64,000 nucleotides of DNA from Candidatus Omnitrophota bacterium. Its GTDB lineage: Bacteria; Omnitrophota; Gorgyraeia; Tantalellales; Tantalellaceae. The notes under the pieces are model-generated. The model made no database searches. It was not told the origin of the DNA and saw only the letters and a program-made list of their open reading frames with translations. The number at the start of each line of letters is the position of its first letter. The first letter of the stretch is position 1. The translations under genes were made by a program, and so were the position numbers. Below, one piece after another: positions 30,269-39,136 of this stretch. The stretch covers positions 283,964 to 347,963 of the forward strand of contig JADGBR010000001.1 of assembly GCA_015231405.1 (NCBI GenBank). The letters run 5' to 3'.

Positions 30269-32812
30269 ATGAAAATACCTCTGAAAAAAAAAGTAACATC
30301 GGTGCTTAAGGCCGGGTTTTTGACATCCTTTGCCGCGGTATTTCTTTTGTTCCGGGAGGGTATCGCCGATCCTCAAACTGAAATCAATGATAAGGTTAAA
30401 CTTTCCCGGAATATTGAATATTCCGGGGGTTATCCTATAATCCTTGATATATCCGTCGGAGATGAACTTGATTTCGCACGCAAGGCAATCAGGGATGGTT
30501 TTTTTGACATAGCTGAAATTAAACTTAACGAACTGCTGTCGCAGCCTATTACGACACACATTGAAGGTGAAGCCTGCCTTATGCTCGGAAGGATATATTA
30601 CGAAAAAGGGGCATACGCTAAAGCCATTCAGGAGTTCAAGATGCTTTCCGATAATCTTACCGACCGCACTTCAGTTGACGCAGCGATGTACTGGACCGGA
30701 GAGGTATATTTTAAGGAAGCGAGCTATCCCCTGGCTATCGAGGAGTTCCAGTCGGTATTGACAGAATACCCGGAATCAAGATACGCCCCGTTCGCACTTT
30801 TTTCACAAGCATGGTGTTTCCAGAACATGGGTGAGACTAAATCCGCAATAGCGCTGTTCCGGGATGTTTCGAATAAGTATCCCCTAAGCGAGCTCGCCAT
30901 AAGATCCAAATACATGGTCGGTGAGATACTTTATGAATTGAAACAATACAAAGAAGCGGTCATAGAGATGAAAGAATTCATCCGAAGTTATCCCGTCAAC
31001 GAACGGATATTTGACGCTTATTTTATACTCGGGGACTCACTGTACCGTGAAGGATCATTTCGTGACGCCGTAGATAACTTTAATAAGGCGCTTGTAGCAC
31101 CTGAAAAAAGCGAGTGGGAGGGTGCTCTTATTTACAGAACAGGCAAGTCGCACGCTGCTATGGGCAATCTAGATGAGGCCGAAAAATGGTTTTACCGAGC
31201 CAGGAACGAAAGTTCAGATCCCGCTATTCAATCCGCCGCGATGATCGAGATCGCGGATATTTCCAAGTCTGACGATGAGGCCTGCATTTACGCATACATT
31301 GACGTAGTTGATAAGATAAAGGAGAACGAATTGACCGAAAGAGCGTATCTTCTTTTGGGTGAAAAGTTGTACCAGGCAGGTATGCTCAAGGAAACGATAA
31401 GCGTTTATGAAAAAGCGATGAAAAGGTTCCCGAAAGGAAAACTCAGGGACAGAATAAGTTATGACCTTGCGTGGGCGTATTTAAGATCAGGGGACGAAGA
31501 AAAGGCTCTGCAGGCTTTTCACTTTACGGCAGGAAATTCGGTAGACCCTGATATTGTCGCGAGTTCACTTTCCGCAATAGGGGATATTCTTATTGAAAAA
31601 GCGGAGAACGAACGCGCGATCGATGTTTATGACAGGATACTAAGAGAGTTCCCGGAATCGATCATCGCCGATTACGCTCAGTACCAGCTGGCATATCTTT
31701 TTAAAGAGAACGGACATATTGATCCCGCCATTCTCGCTTTCCAGTCGCTCCTCATCAATTTTCCAAGGTCGAACCTGTTAGATAAATCTCTTTATCAGCT
31801 CGCGATACTGTATGCCGGCAAGGGGGACTATGAAAGTTCTTTAAACAATTTTGAACGGATAATCGCGGACTTCGCTATGAGCTCACTTTATGGACCGGCG
31901 CTACTGGAGCTGGGGAACCTGCATTACAACAACGGGAATTACGAGAAAGCCGTGGAGATCTACGGTCGTTTGATCACAGGGGAATATGAAAAGGATATAA
32001 CCGAAAAAGCGCGGTATCAACTGGGTTGGTCGCTATATAAATTGGGCGATGAGGAAGGCGCCAGGGCGATATTCAACGGTTTCTTAGAAGATGGTAAGGA
32101 AACGTTCCTGACCCCGGGTATCCTATTCTGGTTCGGTGAGTATTTTTACTCGAAAGGGGATTTCGATAAAGCGATATCCTATTTTAACGAGGTTCTGGAG
32201 AAATACCCAAAGACGCTTTTCGCTTCCGACGCCCTATACTGGCTTGCCTGGTCTTATTGTGATAAAGGGTCCACCGCGCTAGGGGTAAAGCAGTTCCAGC
32301 GGCTACCTGATGAGTATCCATCGAGCAGGTGGGCGCCTGAGGCGCTGTTATCGGCCGGAGATATCGAAAGTGACAGCGGAGAGCACCTGAGGGCGAGGGC
32401 GATCTACGAGACGCTTTTACGTAAATACCCGGACAACCCGATCGCGAAGATAGCCAATTACCGTATAGGGATAATTCTTAAAGATGAAAAAGAATATGAC
32501 CTTGCGATAGAATATCTGAGGATAGGCATGGGAGCCGAAAATAACGATCTGAACGCTCAGGTCCAGTTTGATCTTGCAGAATGCTACGAGTTGAAAGGTA
32601 TCGAGGCGAGGGCGATCGAGGAATACTTGAAGGTGGAATATAAATATCCGAACGGTGTTTTCTGGGTAACGCGGGCAAGAAAACGATGCGCCGAACTTCT
32701 GGAGAAAAAGGGAGAGACCGATAAAGCCGTGGCGATATACAGAAAACTGGCCGAAGGAGACGGAGAAGAGGCCCGCTACGCTCAGGAAAAACTTAAATGG
32801 CTCCGGAAATAG
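30269..32812 (+). CDS. Exported multi-TPR protein (YbgF/BamD-like repeats)
   Basis: Signal-peptide-like N-terminus and many A..F....YP.S repeats. Start could instead be TTG 30248. Confidence 0.85.
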   Translation: MKIPLKKKVTSVLKAGFLTSFAAVFLLFREGIADPQTEINDKVKLSRNIEYSGGYPIILDISVGDELDFARKAIRDGFFDIAEIKLNELLSQPITTHIEGEACLMLGRIYYEKGAYAKAIQEFKMLSDNLTDRTSVDAAMYWTGEVYFKEASYPLAIEEFQSVLTEYPESRYAPFALFSQAWCFQNMGETKSAIALFRDVSNKYPLSELAIRSKYMVGEILYELKQYKEAVIEMKEFIRSYPVNERIFDAYFILGDSLYREGSFRDAVDNFNKALVAPEKSEWEGALIYRTGKSHAAMGNLDEAEKWFYRARNESSDPAIQSAAMIEIADISKSDDEACIYAYIDVVDKIKENELTERAYLLLGEKLYQAGMLKETISVYEKAMKRFPKGKLRDRISYDLAWAYLRSGDEEKALQAFHFTAGNSVDPDIVASSLSAIGDILIEKAENERAIDVYDRILREFPESIIADYAQYQLAYLFKENGHIDPAILAFQSLLINFPRSNLLDKSLYQLAILYAGKGDYESSLNNFERIIADFAMSSLYGPALLELGNLHYNNGNYEKAVEIYGRLITGEYEKDITEKARYQLGWSLYKLGDEEGARAIFNGFLEDGKETFLTPGILFWFGEYFYSKGDFDKAISYFNEVLEKYPKTLFASDALYWLAWSYCDKGSTALGVKQFQRLPDEYPSSRWAPEALLSAGDIESDSGEHLRARAIYETLLRKYPDNPIAKIANYRIGIILKDEKEYDLAIEYLRIGMGAENNDLNAQVQFDLAECYELKGIEARAIEEYLKVEYKYPNGVFWVTRARKRCAELLEKKGETDKAVAIYRKLAEGDGEEARYAQEKLKWLRK

Positions 32813-32854
32813 CCCAATCGGCTAATATTTTTTACACGATATAAAGGAGGTTAT

Positions 32855-33487
32855 ATGTGGGAATTGTTCTTGAAGGGCGGGCCGTTGATGTTCTTTATTC
32901 TTATATGTTCGATCATAGCCCTGGCGGTGATCATAGAAAGAGTATTGTATTTAAGACAGGCGCAGATAAACACAGCCTCTTTCATGGAAGAGATATCGGC
33001 TATCCTTAAACGCAACAAGGTACTTGACGCGATAGACCTGTGCAACGCCACTCCGGGTCCGATAGCGAAGATCATGAAGGCTGGGATACTCAAGCATGAC
33101 AGGTCAAGGGCCGAGATAAAAGAGGCTATCGAGGACGCCGGGATCCACGAAGTTCCCCGCCTGGAAAAGAATATCAAGGTTATCGCGACGATAGCTCAGA
33201 TAGCGCCGCTCTTAGGTTTCCTTGGGACGGTAACAGGCATGGTTAAGGCTTTTCAGGTCATCGAACAAAAGGCTGCAGCCTTTGTTCCCGTTAATCCGGG
33301 AGACCTTGCCGGAGGGATATGGGAGGCTCTTATTACGACTGTAGCCGGTCTCACTGTGGCAATACCGACATATGTGGCGTATAATTTCCTTGTAAGTAAA
33401 GTTGACGGTTTCGTGCTCGAAATGGAAAAGAGCGCCACCGATCTTGTTCATATCTTGATCTCCAAAAGGGAAGACGATGAGATTTAG
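32855..33487 (+). CDS. MotA/TolQ/ExbB proton channel protein
   Basis: GGPLMFFI, IAPLLGFLGTVTGM, LAGGIWEALITTVAGL. Confidence 0.93.
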   Translation: MWELFLKGGPLMFFILICSIIALAVIIERVLYLRQAQINTASFMEEISAILKRNKVLDAIDLCNATPGPIAKIMKAGILKHDRSRAEIKEAIEDAGIHEVPRLEKNIKVIATIAQIAPLLGFLGTVTGMVKAFQVIEQKAAAFVPVNPGDLAGGIWEALITTVAGLTVAIPTYVAYNFLVSKVDGFVLEMEKSATDLVHILISKREDDEI

Positions 33488-33872
33488 ACGAAGCGTATTC
33501 ATTGAAAAGGGCATTTTAGATATGGCACCGCTCATGAACATCATATTTTTGCTCCTGATATTTTTCATGCTGACATCGAGTTTTGTTTTTCAGCCTGGGA
33601 TAAGGGTAGATCTCCCGAAAGCCGTCACCAGCGAAGTTCTCAATCAGGACCTTATGGTGATAGTAATAACCCATAACGGCGATATATACATTTCCGAACG
33701 TCTTGTCACGAAGGAGGAAACCGTTTCCCATCTGGCGTTGGCATCTAAATCGAATAAACAAGTGCTGATCAAGGCGGACAAAACCGCGGGTCTCGGAAAA
33801 GTAGTTGAGATTTGGGATATTTGCAGAGAATCAGGCGTTAAACAGATCAATATCGCTACTACTCAGAAGTGA
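33477..33872 (+). CDS. ExbD/TolR family protein
   Basis: DMAPLMNIIFLLLIFFML, VDLPKA, LIKADK. Confidence 0.9.
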   Translation: MRFRRSVFIEKGILDMAPLMNIIFLLLIFFMLTSSFVFQPGIRVDLPKAVTSEVLNQDLMVIVITHNGDIYISERLVTKEETVSHLALASKSNKQVLIKADKTAGLGKVVEIWDICRESGVKQINIATTQK

Positions 33873-33879
33873 GAATATC

Positions 33880-34548
33880 ATGAACAGGGACATATTAGTC
33901 GCCGTGGCGGTATCCGCGGCTATACATCTATTCGGGATGTCGATGGTACATATTATTAATCCGTCCCTTAAAACGGAGATAAGGCCTTTCACGAAAGTGA
34001 GTTACCTCGGTCCGCTGCTTAATAAGACGGCTTTTGATATAATGCTCGAAAGCAAAGCACAAATATTTAAAACGCAATACAACTATCTGGAAAACGCCCC
34101 CGCCGAGGTTCTGGATCTCAAGGCGCGCTCGCCTGAAAGACGTGTGCAGGAAGAAATAAAGACAGATCTGGACCCGGGCAATTCGGAGGTCATTAATGAT
34201 TTTCTGTCAGGGAATAAAATAATACCGTATTTTATGCTTGATTCTCCCGCCCCGAAAGTAGACAATAATATCCCCGGGGCTTTCGTTTATAAACCTGAAG
34301 ACCTTGGGGCGGTAAAAGATTTGATCAGCAATGAGACCATACCTAAAATAAGGGTTAAGGTATTAGTTGCCGCCGACGGAAAAATAAAAAATTCGGAGCC
34401 CATGACAACAACAGGGAATCCCGAGCTCGACCATGTTATTCTCCGGTACGTTAATAACTGGGTTTTTGAACCGAGCCAGGCAGGGAAGGACGACTATAAA
34501 GAGATAGATATATTGTTGAACAGGGGATCCGTTAATGATAAAACTTGA
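33880..34548 (+). CDS. TonB-like energy transducer
   Basis: N-terminal TM with S...H (SAAIH) and a C-terminal TonB-like domain (VLVAADG...TTGNPELD...WVFEP). Confidence 0.7.
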   Translation: MNRDILVAVAVSAAIHLFGMSMVHIINPSLKTEIRPFTKVSYLGPLLNKTAFDIMLESKAQIFKTQYNYLENAPAEVLDLKARSPERRVQEEIKTDLDPGNSEVINDFLSGNKIIPYFMLDSPAPKVDNNIPGAFVYKPEDLGAVKDLISNETIPKIRVKVLVAADGKIKNSEPMTTTGNPELDHVILRYVNNWVFEPSQAGKDDYKEIDILLNRGSVNDKT

Positions 34549-34759
34549 TCTGTCGACCGCGCTGTTCGTTTATCTCTTTTTTACAGTGATAGCCGTATTG
34601 CTTCTATGGCTTGTCATGGATCTCGGCACAAAATTGAAGACATACAGCTCGGACGAAAAATTTATATGGCATTGTAACATTTGCGCTAACACCTATATAG
34701 ATTCACGGCACGAAGCGATATCGAAATGCCCAAGGTGCGGGAGTTTTATAGAAAAATAG
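34535..34759 (+). CDS. Small membrane-anchored Zn-ribbon protein
   Basis: One TM segment, then CNIC...CPRC. ATGA-type overlap region with the upstream gene. Confidence 0.7.
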   Translation: MIKLDLSTALFVYLFFTVIAVLLLWLVMDLGTKLKTYSSDEKFIWHCNICANTYIDSRHEAISKCPRCGSFIEK

Positions 34760-34793
34760 AACATCGGGTTTTTTAATAAAGGAGGAGAAGGAA

Positions 34794-35021
34794 ATGATAA
34801 CACGGATCGGGTTGATAGCTGGTGATATTTGGAATTATCTTGAGTCCCATGCGAGGAGAGAAAAACTGGATACTCTGATCGTTAACCTCGGGAAACAGGA
34901 GGTCCGTGATATAGTGCTTATGAGCCTGGGCTGGTTAGCCAGAGAAGGACATGTAGTGCTTGAGGGTGACCTGCCCAATTATACGGTCATATTAAAAGAA
35001 AGGGACTATATCCACAGTTGA
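34794..35021 (+). CDS. Winged-helix protein (DUF2582-like)
   Basis: IGLIAGDIWNYL...LMSLGWLAREG. AAGGAGG SD. Confidence 0.8.
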   Translation: MITRIGLIAGDIWNYLESHARREKLDTLIVNLGKQEVRDIVLMSLGWLAREGHVVLEGDLPNYTVILKERDYIHS

Positions 35022-35133
35022 GTTCCGGGAGGAACACAGAAATTCGACATACATTCCGTCGATGAGTGATAGAGAATGACCAAAGCGGCCGACAAGTATC
35101 TGGTAGACTTGGAACAAAAACAGTTTAATTTAT

Positions 35134-35162
35134 TTGCCTTAATAGGACGTTGGATATATATT
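35134..35162 (+). promoter_or_regulatory. Promoter for tRNA-Ala
   Basis: TTGCCT-17 bp-TATATT. Confidence 0.5.
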
Positions 35163-35194
35163 AATACTGATCTTAGTGGTGTTGTTCATCGTGT

Positions 35195-35270
35195 GGGGCT
35201 GTAGCTCAATTGGTAGAGCGCCTGGTTCGCAATCAGGAGGTCAGGGGTTCGATCCCCCTTAGCTCCACCA
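35195..35270 (+). tRNA. tRNA-Ala(CGC)
   Basis: Cloverleaf GGGGCTG...TAGCTCCACCA, G3:U70 pair, anticodon loop TT-CGC-AA, encoded CCA. Confidence 0.96.
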
Positions 35271-35338
35271 CTAAGCTCCTTACGCAGTCGTAATCCCAGG
35301 TAAATAATCAAAATTCTCGCATTTATTTCAAATAATAC

Positions 35339-35367
35339 TTGACAAATGATACACATGAGGTATCATT
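35339..35367 (+). promoter_or_regulatory. Promoter of the redox operon with an overlapping palindromic operator
   Basis: TTGACA-16 bp-TATCAT; inverted repeat AATGATAC-N7-GTATCATT at 35345-35367. Confidence 0.7.
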
Positions 35368-35372
35368 ATTCC

Positions 35373-36071
35373 ATGAACGATATATCCAGATACTTAGTTA
35401 ATGTTGATGTTTTGACTTATGCCGTTGTTTTCTCGGCCGGGATCGTTACTTCGTTCACTCCTTGCGTTTATCCGCTTGTCCCAATAATATCGGCTGTTAT
35501 AGGCGCAACAGGCGAGAGATCAAAGAAAAGAAATATTTTTCTGTCCCTGGCTTATGTGACGGGAATGTCACTTACGTTTTCTCTGATAGGAGTATTCGCG
35601 GCTATTACCGGAAGATTATTCGGTGAGATCCAGTCAAACTCTATCGCTAACTTGGTAGTCGGAGGATTGATTATATTTTTTGCGCTTGCTCTTTTAGGGG
35701 AATTCCAGCTCCCCGTCCACTTAATTAACCGTTTTGGGGCCGGTAAAAAACATGGGGGAAGATCCGCGTTCCCGGTTTTCATTATGGGGTTGACATCGGG
35801 TCTGATAGCGGCTCCTTGCGCTACTGCGGTCATTGGGGCATTATTGGCGTTCGTAGCATCCAAACAAAATATCTTCCTTGGATTTTCGCTTCTTTTCGTT
35901 TATTCAATGGGATTGGGGGCGATGCTTGTGCTGGTTGGGGCCATAACAGGAATGGTCAGTTCTCTTCGTAAATCCGGGCCGTTTGCCAAGATCGTTGAAA
36001 AAGTTTTAGCCGTAGCGATGATCATTCTAGGTTGTTATTATGTTTTTAAAGCGGGAACATTGTCAGTTTAA
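35373..36071 (+). CDS. CcdA/DsbD-beta transmembrane electron transporter
   Basis: TSFTPCVYPLVP and AAPCATA cysteine motifs, multiple TMs. Start placed at ATG 35373 because 35346 lies inside the promoter. Confidence 0.9.
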   Translation: MNDISRYLVNVDVLTYAVVFSAGIVTSFTPCVYPLVPIISAVIGATGERSKKRNIFLSLAYVTGMSLTFSLIGVFAAITGRLFGEIQSNSIANLVVGGLIIFFALALLGEFQLPVHLINRFGAGKKHGGRSAFPVFIMGLTSGLIAAPCATAVIGALLAFVASKQNIFLGFSLLFVYSMGLGAMLVLVGAITGMVSSLRKSGPFAKIVEKVLAVAMIILGCYYVFKAGTLSV

Positions 36072-36087
36072 AAGGAGAAAAGGCAGA

Positions 36088-36582
36088 ATGAATACGAAAA
36101 AATCTTTATTTATTTCACTGATCATAATGTGTTCTTTTGTGATAAGCTCTTGTGCGCAAAAAATTGACGGTAAAATTACGGCATCTGATCTTGGAATAGC
36201 TCCGGATTTTACTGTAGAAAAACTTGATGGCGGAAAGTTCTCCTTATCCGGAGAGCTTAAAGAAAAGAACGCGGTCCTTGTTTTCTGGACTACATGGTGT
36301 CCTTATTGCGTTAAAGAGATACCTGCCGTTGAGAAACTCTATAAGGAGAAAGGAGGGGACTTAGCCATCATAGGCATATCCCTTCAGGAATCGAAGACAA
36401 AGGTCGCGGGGTTCGTCGCAAAAAAGGCGATGACTTACCCGATAGGGCTTGATATGGACGGCATGGTCGCGGATAAATACGGTATTCAAACTATACCGTC
36501 TATTGTAGCTATAGATAAAAAAGGAAAAATTTTGTATCAAGGCAGCAGTTTGGATGATATGCTCGAAAAAACAGGGTTTTAA
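36088..36582 (+). CDS. TlpA/ResA-family thioredoxin-like lipoprotein
   Basis: Lipobox-like ISSC, APDFT, FWTTWCPYC, IPS. Confidence 0.9.
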   Translation: MNTKKSLFISLIIMCSFVISSCAQKIDGKITASDLGIAPDFTVEKLDGGKFSLSGELKEKNAVLVFWTTWCPYCVKEIPAVEKLYKEKGGDLAIIGISLQESKTKVAGFVAKKAMTYPIGLDMDGMVADKYGIQTIPSIVAIDKKGKILYQGSSLDDMLEKTGF

Positions 36583-36605
36583 CAAATCAACAAAGGAGGG
36601 TAATT

Positions 36606-36686
36606 ATGTGGACATCAAACTGGAAACTTAGGGCGGTTGCGCGTTGTAAAGAAGGGTGCCATACATTGCCCTGGGCATGGCGTTAA
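36606..36686 (+). CDS. Unannotated 26-aa peptide MWTSNWKLRAVARCKEGCHTLPWAWR
   Basis: Strong AAAGGAGG SD 6 nt before the ATG. Fills the gap between tlpA and rrf2. Confidence 0.6.
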   Translation: MWTSNWKLRAVARCKEGCHTLPWAWR

Positions 36687-36722
36687 ACTGCCCTTTTATT
36701 TTCAAGGCGAAAAGGATCCAAA

Positions 36723-37118
36723 ATGAAATTATTAACAAGAGATACTGATTACGCGATAAGGGCCTTAGTATGCATATCCAGAGGTGCATCCGAGCTTGTC
36801 ACGGTCAAGCAGCTGACCCAGCAATTAAAGATACCACGACCTTTTCTCAGGAAAATTCTGCAATGCATGAATAAAGCCGGTATCTTGAGATCCTATAAAG
36901 GGAAAGGCGGTGGGTTTTCAATGGCCCAGTCTTCCAGAAATATACCTATTTTTGATGTAATGGTTATATTCCAGGGTGAATTTAAGGTCATGGAACATGT
37001 CTTCAAAAAAGAAGCCTGTTGCAAAGTTAAGATGTGCGAATTAAAAAAGAAGATCGATAAAATAGAGACTAATCTTGTCGCCGAACTTAAAAAAATCAAT
37101 ATCAGCGACCTTTGTTGA
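36723..37118 (+). CDS. Rrf2-family transcriptional regulator
   Basis: TRDTDYAIRAL, IPRPFLRKIL, SYKGKGGGF, C-terminal Cys cluster. Confidence 0.92.
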   Translation: MKLLTRDTDYAIRALVCISRGASELVTVKQLTQQLKIPRPFLRKILQCMNKAGILRSYKGKGGGFSMAQSSRNIPIFDVMVIFQGEFKVMEHVFKKEACCKVKMCELKKKIDKIETNLVAELKKINISDLC

Positions 37119-37154
37119 TTTGCTATCGGTTTGGCTCCGGTAGGGGATATTGGT

Positions 37155-38336
37155 ATGAAAAGAATATACATGGACAATAACGCGACAACCCCTCTTCACC
37201 CCGGCGTGAAAGATGTTATCCGCGACTCTATAGGTATTTTCGGTAACGCGTCAAGTTTTCATTCCTTCGGGCGCGAGGCCAGGAAATACATTGAGGAGTC
37301 CCGTAAAGATGTAGCTAACTTGATAGGGGCTGAGCCTCAAGAGATAATTTTTATGGGCTCAGGTTCGGAGGCCAATAACACTGTTCTTAACATCTTCGCG
37401 TGCAAATGCCCTCATTGCGACGATACCGTTACTTGCTCTAAAGAGATCATAACTTCATCCGTGGAGCACCCGTGTGTTCTCAGGACGTCGGAGTGCCTCC
37501 AGGAAAAAGGAATTAAAGTAACCTACGCCGAAGTGGACAAATTCGGTAAAGTCGATCTGGACAGGCTCGCTAAAACTATTACAGGCAATACAGGTCTGGT
37601 GTCGATAATGACCGCGAACAATGAGATAGGCACTATAATGGATATAAAAAAGATCTCTGACATGGCGCGTAAAAAAGGTGCGCTCATGCACACGGACGCG
37701 GTACAGGCGGTGGGGAAGATCCCGGTCGACGTTAACGCCCTCGGTGTGGATTTTCTTACAATGTCGGCCCATAAGATATATGGTCCGAAAGGAGTAGGCG
37801 CTTTATACGTTAGAAAAGGTACCATATTTTGTCCTATGATACGCGGGGGCCATCAGGAACAGGGTAGGCGCGCGGGTACAGAGAACACGTTAGGCATCAT
37901 CGCTTTCGGAGCTGCGGCAAAATTTATTGGCGAGGAAATGGACGAGGATTCAAAACGTATATTTAATTTAAGGGAAAAACTCAGGAACGGCATAATTAAA
38001 AGGATCCCGCATATACATATAAATGGTCATCTCATAGACACTCTTCCCGGAACATTGAATATTTCTTTCGAAGGGGTTGAGGGTGAATCGGTCCTTTTGT
38101 ACCTTGATCTGGAGGGTATAGCCGTATCGACCGGTTCGGCATGCGCTTCCGGTTCACTCGACCCGTCGCATGTTCTCCTCGCAACAGGGTTAGCCCAGGA
38201 GGCGGCTCACGGTTCGATACGGTTCTCGCTGGGAAGGGAGAATACCGAGCAGGAAGTCGACATGGTTCTTGAGATATTGCCTAAGGTTATAGGTAAAGTA
38301 AGGAGTATTTCCACCGCGTACGGGAGCGTGAGATAA
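37155..38336 (+). CDS. iscS: Cysteine desulfurase (IscS/NifS)
   Basis: YMDNNATTP, HTDAVQAVGK, SAHKIYGPKG, STGSACASG. Confidence 0.93.
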   Translation: MKRIYMDNNATTPLHPGVKDVIRDSIGIFGNASSFHSFGREARKYIEESRKDVANLIGAEPQEIIFMGSGSEANNTVLNIFACKCPHCDDTVTCSKEIITSSVEHPCVLRTSECLQEKGIKVTYAEVDKFGKVDLDRLAKTITGNTGLVSIMTANNEIGTIMDIKKISDMARKKGALMHTDAVQAVGKIPVDVNALGVDFLTMSAHKIYGPKGVGALYVRKGTIFCPMIRGGHQEQGRRAGTENTLGIIAFGAAAKFIGEEMDEDSKRIFNLREKLRNGIIKRIPHIHINGHLIDTLPGTLNISFEGVEGESVLLYLDLEGIAVSTGSACASGSLDPSHVLLATGLAQEAAHGSIRFSLGRENTEQEVDMVLEILPKVIGKVRSISTAYGSVR

Positions 38337-38935
38337 TGGACTGGGTATATTCTGAAAAAGTTAAAGATCATTTTGTTAATCCTAGGAATATACTCAAAGA
38401 CGACGAGGATTTCAGGTATGACGGGAAAGGGGTAGTAGGGAACATGAAATGCGGTGATGAAATGGCTTTCTATATTAAGGTTGACCGAAAAAGCAATACT
38501 ATCTCGGATTGCAGGTGGAAAACATACGGATGCGCCAGCGCCATAGCATCTACTTCAGTTCTTTCCGAAAAAGTTAAAGGGATGAAACTTGACGAGGCTT
38601 ACAATATCTCTCCTAAAGACATAATGTCCGACCTGAACGGTCTTCCCGAGCACAAGGTCCATTGTTCAGTACTTGGTGATAAGGCCCTTCGATCCGCGAT
38701 AGATGATTATTACGGGAAGAACGGGATGAAAGACAGGATAGTTGTCGAGAAAGCAAAGACTATATGCCAGTGTATGAACGTAACGGATCACGAGATTGAG
38801 GAAGCCGTGCTGGAAGGGGCGAGGAGCTATATTGAGCTGCAGGAAAAGACCAAACTTGGTACGGTGTGCGGTCATTGCAAGGAAGAAGCCGTTAAACTTT
38901 TGTCTGATTATATCAGTAAATATTTCAGTAAATAA
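38336..38935 (+). CDS. IscU/NifU scaffold fused to a BFD-like [2Fe-2S] domain
   Basis: [30 protein letters not shown]; C-terminal CQC...CGHC. Confidence 0.9.
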   Translation: MDWVYSEKVKDHFVNPRNILKDDEDFRYDGKGVVGNMKCGDEMAFYIKVDRKSNTISDCRWKTYGCASAIASTSVLSEKVKGMKLDEAYNISPKDIMSDLNGLPEHKVHCSVLGDKALRSAIDDYYGKNGMKDRIVVEKAKTICQCMNVTDHEIEEAVLEGARSYIELQEKTKLGTVCGHCKEEAVKLLSDYISKYFSK

Positions 38936-38946
38936 AAGGAGAAAAA

Positions 38947-39084
38947 ATGCAAAAGTATAGATGCACTGTCTGCGAATATATCTATGATCCGAAAGATAAC
39001 AAGAACGTGCCGTTCGATAAGCTTCCTGAAGATTGGGTTTGCCCCGAATGTGGAGCTGGAAAGGATATGTTCGAACAGGTATAG
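38947..39084 (+). CDS. Rubredoxin (45 aa, not in the ORF track)
   Basis: [15 protein letters not shown]...[28 protein letters not shown]. Confidence 0.93.
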   Translation: MQKYRCTVCEYIYDPKDNKNVPFDKLPEDWVCPECGAGKDMFEQV

Positions 39085-39136
39085 GCGAAGATAGGGTCTA
39101 AGGACAGAACGAAATATTGAACATTGGAGGTCATTT

